Shown: piece after piece, positions 18,534 to 28,288 of the stretch | Layout: the number at the start of each line of letters is the position of its first letter | Position numbering within the stretch: the stretch's first letter is position 1 | Origin: Myxococcota bacterium | GTDB lineage: Bacteria > Myxococcota_A > UBA9160 > UBA4427 | Length of the DNA stretch: 64,000 nt | NCBI GenBank assembly: GCA_029243605.1 | Contig: JAQWRT010000015.1 | Location: 9,423 to 73,422, forward strand | Direction of reading: 5' to 3' | Position numbers and translations under genes: made by a program | Notes under the pieces: model-generated | The model's input: only the letters and a program-made list of their open reading frames with translations | Told to the model about the DNA's origin: nothing | The model's database searches: none

Positions 18534-19769
18534 TTACGGAGTGATTTCAGTGGAATCGCATTCCGGTGGTGCCGACACGGGGTTGCATCGTCCGACGGCG
18601 TCCGCCGGGAGCCCGGGGAACAAGACGCTGTAATCGCTGAAATCCGTGTTGGCCTCACGATAATCGGTGCTCACGAACTGGGCGCCCGAAGCCAGGGCCT
18701 GATCGCGCCGGGTGGTGTCGTTGTTGCGGGCCTCAGCGGTATCGGAGTCGGCCCGGGTTCGCACCAGATAACCGTTGGCCACGAGCTCGGCGATGCTGGG
18801 GTTGCTGCGAAAGGGGTTGTTCTCTTTTCGGAATCCAGCCTCGGGGCTCCCCGTCGGCGAACTCGTAAAAATGGTCGCACCAGCCAGTGAGGGGTAATAG
18901 CCTGCGTATTGGTCTCGGATCGAACCTTCGTTGTCCAGAGCAAAGAAAACCTTGCCTCGGGACTCACTGAGCTTGGGCCAGCCCTCGGTCTGGATGCCCT
19001 CGATGAGCGAGGGGTACCCTTTGCGGACGTCGTTGGGTTGAATCATCCGGGTATCGTGGAAGGCCCCGCGGATTTCATCCTCGAGGGCGAGCAGATAGGG
19101 CAGGGTCCAGGTGTAGGGAATGGCAAAGGCGTAGTTCTTGGCAAGAGCACTATTCAAGGGATCCAGCAAGCTTGGGTCGAACGCATCTTCCTTGAGTTCC
19201 AGCAGGATCAAGATGGGAATGTGCATGGGGTTCGCGTCGGACCACTCGGCGATTTGTTGCAGGCAGTCGTTGAATTGCAGGCAACTGCTGCGAAAGTCGA
19301 TGTCCTGGATATGAAAGACCTTGGGGCCGGGGCTAAGCATGAGGTTGGCGGGATCAAAGTCTGCCCCGCTTGCGAGTCCGGAAGCCAAGAGGGGGGACAG
19401 GGCTTGTGCAGCGTCGGGGCCAAAGGGGTCGGCAAAGAGTTCGCCAAAAGGGTCGAGCCAGACATCGATTTCGATCTGGCGAATACCGAGACGGCCGAAC
19501 TGCTCGTTGAGGGGAAGGTGGCTGTAGACGAGGCCTTCCGGGTTATCCACACCCGAACCCGGCGGAAGCAAGCTGTAGACGAGATCGATGGCAGCGAGGA
19601 GTAGATCTGAGGGCTGAGTCTTGTAGCTGTTATGTGTGCCGATGACCTGAATTTCATTCAGGCGCAAATCCGCGGTGGGATCCGGAGGCTCGACGGGAGC
19701 GAACTCGGTGCACCCCGTCCCGAAGCTCAACCAGAAACAGAGGCTCAAGAGAAGCAGGTGCTTTGTCAC
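18534..19769 (-). CDS. Phosphatidylinositol-specific phospholipase C X-domain protein, predicted lipoprotein
   Basis: 411 aa with signal and lipobox LSFGTGC and a catalytic-region motif VIGTHNSYK. The start is GTG with a GGGAGAA RBS. Confidence 0.7.
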   Translation of the reverse strand: MTKHLLLLSLCFWLSFGTGCTEFAPVEPPDPTADLRLNEIQVIGTHNSYKTQPSDLLLAAIDLVYSLLPPGSGVDNPEGLVYSHLPLNEQFGRLGIRQIEIDVWLDPFGELFADPFGPDAAQALSPLLASGLASGADFDPANLMLSPGPKVFHIQDIDFRSSCLQFNDCLQQIAEWSDANPMHIPILILLELKEDAFDPSLLDPLNSALAKNYAFAIPYTWTLPYLLALEDEIRGAFHDTRMIQPNDVRKGYPSLIEGIQTEGWPKLSESRGKVFFALDNEGSIRDQYAGYYPSLAGATIFTSSPTGSPEAGFRKENNPFRSNPSIAELVANGYLVRTRADSDTAEARNNDTTRRDQALASGAQFVSTDYREANTDFSDYSVLFPGLPADAVGRCNPVSAPPECDSTEITP

Positions 19770-20290
19770 AGGGGAATTCTCCCTTTGGAGTGATTCGATT
19801 CGGGGAAAATAAGGGTATCAAAATTCTCTTCCCTCCGTCCAAGTCGGAAATTTCTGAAATGAGGCGAGAAGAGTGCGTTCGGGCAACGGCCCACAGCTCA
19901 TAAGAAAGATGCCGGCGGAGGAGATCCTGGCAACGGGGTTGAAGTACCTCAGGATCCCCGGGCGAGTGAGTCGAGATTCCAGGGTCGCCTAGGGAGTCGA
20001 CGTACAGGCTTTCGTCGGTATGCCGTTCACGAACATTTCGATTTCGAAAGCACCGCGGCTGGTACCCGAGTCGGCTTGGGTTGCGAAAACAATTTTCTCG
20101 TTTAATCGCGTGAGGCCAGGTTTTGCGATTCAAGGGCAGCAGCAGTTGCCATTCTTGTGCTCTCCGGAGTCGGAACCGATACTGGATTGCGACGGCTGCG
20201 GCCGGGGAAGGACAGAGAGGCAAAGTTGTCTCTCCCCTGATAACTTCTTTCTGGTTTTTACGTGGAGTTTGATCCAAAGGAGCGAGATAC

Positions 20291-21736
20291 TTGCATACGC
20301 AGTTCCTCTCGGCCCAGGCGCTAGCGCAAAAAATCCGAAAAAAAGTTCTTAGTGCGAGAGAATTAGTCGACTTCTTCATCGACCGGATCGAAGCGTTAGA
20401 TGGCGCAGTCAACGCGGTGGTCGTGCGTGATTTTGATCGTGCCCGTGGGGAAGCGGATAAAGCGGACGAATGCCTGGCGAGCGGATCCGAAGTGGGCCCG
20501 CTTCATGGTGTGCCCATGACGATCAAAGAGGCCTATGACATGGAGGGCCTTCCGACGACTTGGGGAATCCCGGCCTTCAGCGGAAATGTCGCGACCCGGG
20601 ACGCCGAAAGCGTGAGGCGATTCAGGGCAGCCGGAGCCATTTTTCTCGCCAAGACCAACGTGCCCCTGCAACTCGCTGACTTTCAGAGCTACAACGATAT
20701 CTACGGGGCCACCGGCAATCCTTGGGATACCGAGCGGACTCCGGGCGGTTCTTCCGGAGGCTCGGCGGCGGCTCTGGCCGCCGGCTTCTGTGCTCTGGAG
20801 AGTGGTTCGGATATCGGCGGGTCGATTCGTAACCCGGCGCATTTTTGTGGCGTCTATGGGCACAAGCCCACCTGGAATATCGTTCCTCAGCAGGGCCATT
20901 CATTGCCCGGATCGTTGGCGACCTCGGATATCTCGGTGGTGGGCCCCTTGGCGCGAACGGCGGAAGATTTGGCGCTGGCATTGGATATCGTTTCTGGGCC
21001 CGAACCGTTAGTGGCTGCGGGTTGGCGCCTAGAATTGCCGCCGCCCCGGCAGAAAAAGCTTTCGGATTATCGCGTAGCTTTGTGGCAGAGCGACTCCATC
21101 GCACCGGTGTCGGCGGAGGTTTCCGACCGGGTACAGCAGGTCGGCGATCGGCTTGCGGCGCTGGGAGCCACGGTGAGCGATAAGGCGCGCCCCGCCTTTG
21201 ATCCTGCGTCGAGCCATGAGACGTATCTCTACATGCTCAATGGGGTGATGGCCGAGGGGTTGCCCAAGGATGAAAAGGCTGCCCTCGAGGCCCACGCGGC
21301 AACCCTCGACCCGGCTGATCTGAGCGATGAATCCGTGATGGTGCGCGCCGCGGTTCAGGGGCATGGTGATTGGCTGCGCTACAACAATCGCCGTCAAGCG
21401 CTGCGCATGGCCTGGGCCGACTTTTTCGAGGACTGGGACATTCTGCTCTGCCCCCAAATGGCGACAGCCGCTTTCAAGCACGATCATCGCCCGATGACCG
21501 AGCGGACCCTGGCCGTCGATGGGGTAGATCAGCTCTATTTTCAACAGATCTTCTGGGCAGGCTTGGTGACCGTGGCCTACCTGCCGAGTACGGTTTTCCC
21601 GACAGGGGTTTCTTCGGAAGGTTTGCCCTTGGGCCTTCAGGCTGTTGGTGCCGAGTACGCGGATCGAACCTGTATCGATTTCGCCCGACTCCTGGCTGAC
21701 GAAATTGGGGGCTTTGTGCCTCCGCCCGGTTATTGA
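20291..21736 (+). CDS. Amidase (amidase-signature family)
   Basis: 481 aa with the AS motif GGSSGGSAAALAAG and a conserved Lys region (MTIKEAYD). The start is TTG, 8 nt after AAGGAG. Confidence 0.9.
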   Translation: MHTQFLSAQALAQKIRKKVLSARELVDFFIDRIEALDGAVNAVVVRDFDRARGEADKADECLASGSEVGPLHGVPMTIKEAYDMEGLPTTWGIPAFSGNVATRDAESVRRFRAAGAIFLAKTNVPLQLADFQSYNDIYGATGNPWDTERTPGGSSGGSAAALAAGFCALESGSDIGGSIRNPAHFCGVYGHKPTWNIVPQQGHSLPGSLATSDISVVGPLARTAEDLALALDIVSGPEPLVAAGWRLELPPPRQKKLSDYRVALWQSDSIAPVSAEVSDRVQQVGDRLAALGATVSDKARPAFDPASSHETYLYMLNGVMAEGLPKDEKAALEAHAATLDPADLSDESVMVRAAVQGHGDWLRYNNRRQALRMAWADFFEDWDILLCPQMATAAFKHDHRPMTERTLAVDGVDQLYFQQIFWAGLVTVAYLPSTVFPTGVSSEGLPLGLQAVGAEYADRTCIDFARLLADEIGGFVPPPGY

Positions 21737-21740
21737 TCGA

Positions 21741-23072
21741 GTGAAATCCCCCGAATTGCGCGAGAACAGGTTCAGGTCGGTCGCCGTAGTGGGCGCCGGG
21801 CCGAGCGGCCTGGCAGCCTGCAAAAGCTTGAAAGAACACGGAGTTCCGTTTACGGCCTACGAGGCCGGCGAGCGCGTGGGAGGTCAGTGGGTGCTGGGCA
21901 ATACCAGCGGGACCTCTGTCGCGTATCGTTCGTTGCAAGTAAATACCCATAAGGCGATTTGTCGTTACTCGGATTTCCCGCTCCCCGATGACGCTCCCGG
22001 CTTCCCCGGGCACGAATAAATGGCCGAGTATTTCGAAGCCTACGCCCAGCATTTCGACATTATGGGTCGCATTCGCTTTGGCACGCGAGTCGAGCAGGCA
22101 ACGCCGTGTGAGGGCGGAGGTTATCGACTCCAACTCGCCGGCGGTGAGTGCGTCGAACACGACGGGCTTGTGATCGCTTCGGGCAACCTCTGGGACCCTC
22201 GCTGGCCCGAGGTTCCGGGTGCCTTCGACGGTGATTTCATTCACTCCAGGGATTATATGGATGCGACCGATCCTGTGGATTGCCGGGGCAAGCGAGTTCT
22301 GGTGATGGGGCTCGGGAATACCGCATGCGAGTTGGCCGTAGAACTCTCGGCGGCAGGAGCGGCCTCGCAGGTTCTACTCTCGGCGCGATCGGGTCAGCAC
22401 ATCGTGCCCAAGGTCGAGGCGTCGATCCCTCATCCCTCGGAGCCCCCGACAGGGTTGCTCGCGACTTTGCCGCGCCCACTGCGGAATGCTCTTTTTCAGC
22501 GAATCTTTCCCCGGGTGATAGGGCGGGTCATCTCTCGTATGCCGGATCCCGAAAGCCTGGGTCTTCCCCCGGCTCCGGCGACCTTTTTCGAGAAGCGCAT
22601 GGTGATGAATAACGATCTTTTCGGGCGTCTTCGGGAAGGGGCGATCAGTGCCCGGGCCGGAGTAAAAACTCTAATGGGCAATCGGGTCGAGTTCGAAGAC
22701 GGCACCGTCGATGAAGTGGACGTGATTGTCGCCGCCACGGGCTATCGATTCAGTTTGCCCTACCTGTCCGATGACATCCTGGGCTGCTCGCCACCGGAGA
22801 TCGAGCTCTTTCATGGTGTCATGCACCCTCGGCGGCACGATCTCTTTGTGATCGGTGTGATGAAAGCGATCTGTTCGATTTGGCCGCGTAGCGAGCAGCA
22901 GATGGCTCTCGTAGCTCCCCTCCTGGCTGGGGAGTACGCGCTTCCCTCCCAGGCCACCATCGAGCGCGAGAGCTACCCGATCCTCGACGTGCCCTTCAGC
23001 AATTGCCAGTTCTATACAGCCGACCTCCAGCGAGAACTCGCGAAGGGCCGCCGCCGGGCTCGTCGCCGGTAA
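21741..23072 (+). pseudogene. Flavin-containing monooxygenase-like NAD(P)/FAD oxidoreductase interrupted by one in-frame TAA
   Basis: ORFs 21645..22019 and 22020..23072 share one frame. The N-part has GAGPSGL and GGQW. The sequence reads DFPLPDDAPGFPGHE-TAA-MAEYFEAYAQHF across the stop at 22017..22019. The C-part has a second dinucleotide motif GLGNTACE. Confidence 0.75.
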
Positions 23073-23177
23073 CTCGGAACGAGCGGTGGCCTCGCCTACG
23101 ATGAACGCGGCCGAGTATCGGAGGGGGCAGTTGGGTTATCCTCTCCCCTCCACGATAAGCGGCGCAGGGGAGGGCGG

Positions 23178-24947
23178 ATGAAGCTGGGCGAAGCGCGCGA
23201 CTTTTTTCGGGCCGTTCGACCCGTCCTGAAGAACGCCCTGACCTCGGGTCAGATCTTTCGTCCCCAATGCGTTCTGACCGAGCCCGATCCGGACATTCTC
23301 TGCGAGTTCGATGTCGAAATTCCCCTGACCGACGGCACCTTTGTGACCGCCAACATATTTCGCTCCAGGCGGGCCCAGGAGGCCGGTGAAAAATGGCCTG
23401 TGGTGATGTGCGCCCATCCCTACGACAACCGCCTGGTCCCGTCCCTGGGCAAGACACCCCTGGGCGGGCCGCCGCTGCAGTACCGCATGATTCCTCAGGA
23501 GGGGCGGCCCGAATTTTCTAGCCTGACGAGTTGGGAATCGCCGGACCCGAATTTTTGGGTTCGCTCGGGCTACGCGGTGGTGAACATGAACCTGCCGGGC
23601 TTCGCCAATAGCGGGGGCCGGCCAGGTCTCTCTACAGCGAACCAGGCGGATGCCTTCGCTCAGGCCATCGACTGGATTGGGACCCGGGAATGGTGCACGG
23701 GCAGCGTGGGGCTGAGTGGGGTCAGCTATCTGGCCATCAGCCAATACGGGGTGGCGGCGGGCCAGGGCGAGTACGGCGTTCCGAAATGTCTCAAGGCCAT
23801 CAGCCCCTGGGAGGGCGTGCGCGATCTCTATCGCGAGATGTTCTTCGAGGGTGGGATTCAAGAACTCGGATTCCCGGTGTTTTGGTGGCACACCGAAGTC
23901 AAGCCGACCATCAATTGCAGTGAGGAGGAGTTCATCGAAATTGAGGGTCAGCTTCCCCAGTACATGGGCGCCATTCACCCCTTTTACGACGAGTATTGGC
24001 AGAGCAAGGTGCCTCCGGTCGCCGACATCGAGCTCCCGATGTTGATCTGCGCGAGTTTTTCCGACCAGGGGCTGCACACCCGAGGCAGTTTTGGGATTTT
24101 CAGAGAGGCCCGTTCGCGTCAAAAGTGGGTCTACACCCATCGGCGGTTGAAATGGGATGCGTACTACTCGCCCGAGGTCCAGGCGATCACAAAATTGTTC
24201 TTCGACCATTTCGTGAAGGGGGAGGAGGGCAACGATTTCCTCGAGCAGCCGCCGGTGCGCCTGGAGGTGCGGGCCTCTCGGGACGAGATCCACGAGGTCA
24301 GGGGCGAAAGCGAATGGCCTCTGGCCCGAACGCGCTACGAGAAATGGTTCCTGGCCGAAGATCTGTCGCTCGAGTCCACGGCGGTCGTAGACGCTGGCGA
24401 GGCAGTCTACGATGCACGCTCGGGAGAACTGCGTTTTCGTCGCGTTTTCGGGCGGGACACGGAATTAACGGGTTATATGAAATTGCGCCTTTGGGTCGAG
24501 GCCCGCTCGGACTCGGCATCCGCCCCCGCGCCCGATGACATGGCCCTCTTCATTGGGGTCGACAAGCGAAATGCAGAGGGCCAGCGAGTGCGCTTCTACG
24601 GCTCGGTGGGCAACCACGCCGATCTCGTCACCCGAGGCCTGATCGCGGCGTCGCGCAGGGCTCTTGATCCGTCTGCCTCCACGGAATTCGAACCGGTCCT
24701 GGCCCATCAACGCGACGAGAAACTCGCCCCCGGCGATATTGTCGCCCTGGAAATCGCCCTCAACCCCAGCAGTACCTTCTTTCGCGCGGGGGAGGCGCTC
24801 GAGTTGATCATTTCGCCCCGGGAGATCGTTCCCTCGCCGCCCTATCGCAAATCGACGGAGCACAACCGGGGGCTTCATGTCATCCATTTTGGGGGCGACT
24901 ACGATTCGCATCTCCTGGTTCCGGAGATCCCTGGCCGGGCCGATTAG
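23178..24947 (+). CDS. CocE/NonD-family (S15 X-Pro dipeptidyl-peptidase-like) hydrolase
   Basis: 589 aa with the nucleophile elbow GLSGVSYLAISQ and a C-terminal beta-sandwich-like region typical of CocE/NonD. Confidence 0.75.
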   Translation: MKLGEARDFFRAVRPVLKNALTSGQIFRPQCVLTEPDPDILCEFDVEIPLTDGTFVTANIFRSRRAQEAGEKWPVVMCAHPYDNRLVPSLGKTPLGGPPLQYRMIPQEGRPEFSSLTSWESPDPNFWVRSGYAVVNMNLPGFANSGGRPGLSTANQADAFAQAIDWIGTREWCTGSVGLSGVSYLAISQYGVAAGQGEYGVPKCLKAISPWEGVRDLYREMFFEGGIQELGFPVFWWHTEVKPTINCSEEEFIEIEGQLPQYMGAIHPFYDEYWQSKVPPVADIELPMLICASFSDQGLHTRGSFGIFREARSRQKWVYTHRRLKWDAYYSPEVQAITKLFFDHFVKGEEGNDFLEQPPVRLEVRASRDEIHEVRGESEWPLARTRYEKWFLAEDLSLESTAVVDAGEAVYDARSGELRFRRVFGRDTELTGYMKLRLWVEARSDSASAPAPDDMALFIGVDKRNAEGQRVRFYGSVGNHADLVTRGLIAASRRALDPSASTEFEPVLAHQRDEKLAPGDIVALEIALNPSSTFFRAGEALELIISPREIVPSPPYRKSTEHNRGLHVIHFGGDYDSHLLVPEIPGRAD

Positions 24948-25172
24948 CCGATACCCTCAACGCCAGGGAAGCCAGCGGCCGCGATTTTTCCGCGCGAGTC
25001 ACCCGATCCAAGGCACTTCGAACCCGCAGAGTTGGGGCCCAATGTCCCAGGTGGCGTATCCTAACTCGATCCTATGGGGGCATACGAGAGCCTTGTCCAG
25101 CCATTGGGCCCCCTGACAACTCGCCGGGAGGCTGCGATTCTATCGGTTCCCCATTTTGGAAGGTGTCTCGCG

Positions 25173-26429
25173 ATGTCCAACGTCCTCATCCTCAGCAGTG
25201 ATTGCCACGCCGGCGCTCTGCCCTCGATTTATAATGAATATCTGCCCACCCAATACCACTCCGCCGCCAGGGAGTGGTGGATCCAATACGTCAAGGAACT
25301 CGTCGCGCGCACGGGCACTTTCTTCGACCAGGAAGCGGTGGACGACATGACGGAGAAAACCGGCGATGCAGGCCAGTTCCAGGCCTTTATGGATCAGAGT
25401 CCGGGAGAAATTGAGGATGATGCGCTCTTCGCCATGTTGAGCGACGGGGAGAGTCCCTTCTCACCGCGACGGGGCGAGTGGGACATGGACGTTCGCGTCA
25501 AGGAACTCGCCGAGGATGGCGTGGCCGGGGAGGTGATCTTTCCTCAGATGGCCCCTTTCGGAGCTGGGTTACTGCAATATCGATACCCCATTGAGCCCGA
25601 GCACAATCTCGCGGGGATTCGGGCCTACAACCGTTGGCTCGCTGACTTTTGCAATCAGAACCCTGGTCGTCATGCCGGAGTCGCGCTGATCAATATCGAC
25701 GATATCCAGGTCACCTGCGCCGAGATCCGCGCCGCCCGGGAGTCCGGTCTCTGGGGGGGAGTGCTGTTGCCAACGAGCACCGGCGATCACCCCTTCTACC
25801 ATCACCCGCGCTACGAGCCGCTCTGGGAAACCTGTGCCGAACTTGATCTCCCCCTTCAAGCGCATTCAGGCTGGTCGCCCGACTATGGCGACGTGCCCAG
25901 CGCGACGGCGATGTATATCAGCGAGGTGGATATGTGGGCCCAGCGTGCCTTTGCGGCGTTGGTCTGGTCGGGCGCCTTCGAGCGACACCCCTCGCTTAAG
26001 CTGATCCTGACGGAAACCGGGACCGCCTGGATTCTCGAGCGACTCAGGGTTCTGGAGTTCAAGGCGAACCTGCCCTTCTTCCAGCATTTCACCACCGGGC
26101 TTACGCTGACGCCGACGGAATATTTCCAACGCCAGTGTTTTGTGGGCGCCTCCTTCATGCCCCGACACGAGGGGGAGTTCCGTCACCAGATTGGCCTCGA
26201 AAAGATTTTGTGGGGTTCTGATTATCCCCACCTCGAGGGCACCTGGCCGAATACCCGCGCGTATATGCAAGAGACGTTTGTGGGCTACCCCGAGAGCGAG
26301 ATTCGAGCGCTGCTTGGAGAGAGCGCGCTGGCCGCCTACGGGTTCGACCCCGAGGTGGTGCGCCCGGTGGCCGATGAAATCGGTTTTAGCCTGGACGAAC
26401 TCTTGGGTTCGGAGCCTGCGGCTGGCTGA
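25173..26429 (+). CDS. Amidohydrolase_2 family metal-dependent hydrolase
   Basis: The start MSNVLILSSDCHAG carries the metal-ligand region near the N-terminus, and WGSDYPHLEG lies near the C-terminus. The listed start at 25074 is probably too far upstream. Confidence 0.75.
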   Translation: MSNVLILSSDCHAGALPSIYNEYLPTQYHSAAREWWIQYVKELVARTGTFFDQEAVDDMTEKTGDAGQFQAFMDQSPGEIEDDALFAMLSDGESPFSPRRGEWDMDVRVKELAEDGVAGEVIFPQMAPFGAGLLQYRYPIEPEHNLAGIRAYNRWLADFCNQNPGRHAGVALINIDDIQVTCAEIRAARESGLWGGVLLPTSTGDHPFYHHPRYEPLWETCAELDLPLQAHSGWSPDYGDVPSATAMYISEVDMWAQRAFAALVWSGAFERHPSLKLILTETGTAWILERLRVLEFKANLPFFQHFTTGLTLTPTEYFQRQCFVGASFMPRHEGEFRHQIGLEKILWGSDYPHLEGTWPNTRAYMQETFVGYPESEIRALLGESALAAYGFDPEVVRPVADEIGFSLDELLGSEPAAG

Positions 26430-26491
26430 GACGGATTCGGCTCGAGGGAGAGATCTCGAGACTCTGCTTTTTGGGGAGTGAGGGATTGGCG

Positions 26492-26968
26492 ATGAGCGAC
26501 GAGCAAGGGACAAGCCCCGAGGCCCGGGTTCAGAGGGGGATGAGGCGCACCTTCCCCATCTACGAGTATGTTGGGCTCGAGGTGCGATCTGTACAGGACG
26601 GCCTCTATCGCTGCTTCGTTCCCTTTCAGCCCGGCAACATGAACCATATCGCTACGATTCACGCGGCGATTCAATGGGCGGCTTCGGAGGTGCTCGGGGG
26701 CCTGGTAATGATGTCGTTGCTCGAGGATGCCCCCTTCTTTGCCGTGGTCAAAAAGGTCAGCATCGAATTCAAGCGGCCAGCGCGTTCGGGGATTACAACC
26801 GAGGCGCTCTTCGGCGGCGAACTCGCCCAGCGCTTCCGGGCAGATTTCGAGGAAAATGGCGAAGCCGAGTTCAGGCTCGACGTGGTGGTGCGCGATGAGG
26901 ACGGGGTGGAGGTGGCTTGCGCGGAAGCCGACTATCTCGCCCGCAAACCCCGTAAAGCAGCGGGCTGA
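26492..26968 (+). CDS. Hotdog-fold thioesterase (YiiD C-terminal / DUF4442-like)
   Basis: About 158 aa with HIATIHAAIQWAASEVLGG and a GAGGGA RBS before the ATG at 26492. Confidence 0.55.
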   Translation: MSDEQGTSPEARVQRGMRRTFPIYEYVGLEVRSVQDGLYRCFVPFQPGNMNHIATIHAAIQWAASEVLGGLVMMSLLEDAPFFAVVKKVSIEFKRPARSGITTEALFGGELAQRFRADFEENGEAEFRLDVVVRDEDGVEVACAEADYLARKPRKAAG

Positions 26969-26974
26969 GGTCCG

Positions 26975-26993
26975 GAGCCGGGAAACCGGGCTC
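26975..26993. terminator. Hairpin with a GAAA tetraloop between convergent genes
   Basis: GAGCCGG-gaaa-CCGGGCTC with one bulged G. It lies between the stops at 26968 (+) and 27007 (-). Confidence 0.35.
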
Positions 26994-27006
26994 TCTCCTC
27001 TTCGAT

Positions 27007-28221
27007 TTAGATCACCTTTTTCTCGCGAAGCTCGCCCACCTTGTCCCAATCCCAACCGAGCACTTCGGTGAGGATCTCTTCGGTGTGCTCGCCGAGTTCC
27101 GGGGCGACCCGGCGGATATTGCCGGGGGTTTCGGAGAGGGAGACGGGCACACCCACCATGTCGGTGGGGCCGTGTTGGGGATGATCGACCTCGGCGATGT
27201 AGTCGTTGGCGCGCACTTGGGGGTCCGTGGGCAGGTCTTCCACGCTGTTCACAATGGTGTAGATCAGGTCGGCGCCGTCATCCTTGATCTGCTTCAGCCA
27301 CTCGGCTCGGGGCTTCGAGGCGAAAGCCTCGTCGAGTAGCGCAACGCATTCCTGGGCATTGGCCGAACGGGTGGCCATGGTGTCGAAACGCGGGTCTTCA
27401 GCGAGTTCCGGGTGCTCGATGATGCGACAGAAATCCGCCCAGTAGCGGTCGGGTTGGAGCATGGCCAGGGCCAGCCACTGATCGTCCGCACAGCGGTAGT
27501 GATTCCAAAGGGGGTTATATGCCTGGCTGCGGTGAGTTCGTGGGATGGCGGCGCCGCCCATCAATTTCATCGAGACCGAGAGCCCTTGGAGGTAGGTCAT
27601 GGAGCCCAGATGGGAAGCGTTCACTTCTTGACCCATCCCGTGGCGTTCCCGGGCGAGCAGTGCGGTCATCACGCCGTAGGCCAGCATGATGCCACCCATC
27701 TGGTCCGCAATGCCCCCGGCGATGCCCATGGGCGGCATGCCGGGTTCGCCCACCGCGTTCATGATGCCCGAACGCGCCAAGCCGAGGTGATCGAAGGAGG
27801 GCTCGCCACTTTCGTCGCCTTCCTTGCCGTAGCCCGTGGCGCTCGCGTAAATGAGCTTGGGATTCGCCTCCCGGAGCGACCCGTAATCAATGCCCAGGCG
27901 ATCGGCCACGCCCTTTCGGAAATTCTGGACGAAGACATCTGCCTTGGAGGCCAGGGCACGAACCACTTCGACGGCCTCGGGTTGTTTGAGATCTAGGGTA
28001 ATCGAGCGCTTGTTGCGATTATTCGCCTCGAAATACCAGTTGATGTTCTTCTGCGCCGCGATTCCTCCGGCGGCAGCCAGGTAACGCCCGGGGTCCCCGG
28101 TACCCGCCTGCTCGATCTTGATCACCTCGGCACCCATATCGCCGAGCATGGCGCTGCAGATGGGGCCCTGCTGCCAGATCGTCCAATCGAGAACAAGAAT
28201 TCCTTCGAGGGGGAGGGGCAT
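27007..28221 (-). CDS. Family III CoA-transferase (CaiB/BaiF/Frc type)
   Basis: 404 aa. The N-terminus PLEGILVLDWTIWQQGPICSAMLGDMGAEVIKIE is typical of the family. Confidence 0.88.
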   Translation of the reverse strand: MPLPLEGILVLDWTIWQQGPICSAMLGDMGAEVIKIEQAGTGDPGRYLAAAGGIAAQKNINWYFEANNRNKRSITLDLKQPEAVEVVRALASKADVFVQNFRKGVADRLGIDYGSLREANPKLIYASATGYGKEGDESGEPSFDHLGLARSGIMNAVGEPGMPPMGIAGGIADQMGGIMLAYGVMTALLARERHGMGQEVNASHLGSMTYLQGLSVSMKLMGGAAIPRTHRSQAYNPLWNHYRCADDQWLALAMLQPDRYWADFCRIIEHPELAEDPRFDTMATRSANAQECVALLDEAFASKPRAEWLKQIKDDGADLIYTIVNSVEDLPTDPQVRANDYIAEVDHPQHGPTDMVGVPVSLSETPGNIRRVAPELGEHTEEILTEVLGWDWDKVGELREKKVI

Positions 28222-28288
28222 GAGTTCTTCCTTTCGTTCTGACTGTTTGAGCGGCTACTGGCCCAGTAGAATTTATCACCTGCACGGC

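Noticed and set aside
19654-20412. 252-aa minus-strand ORF spanning the PI-PLC/amidase intergenic gap
   Set aside because: It overlaps the 5' ends of both well-supported flanking genes, has an odd composition (Arg/Cys/Pro-rich) and has no motif. The gap is treated as non-coding and flagged separately.
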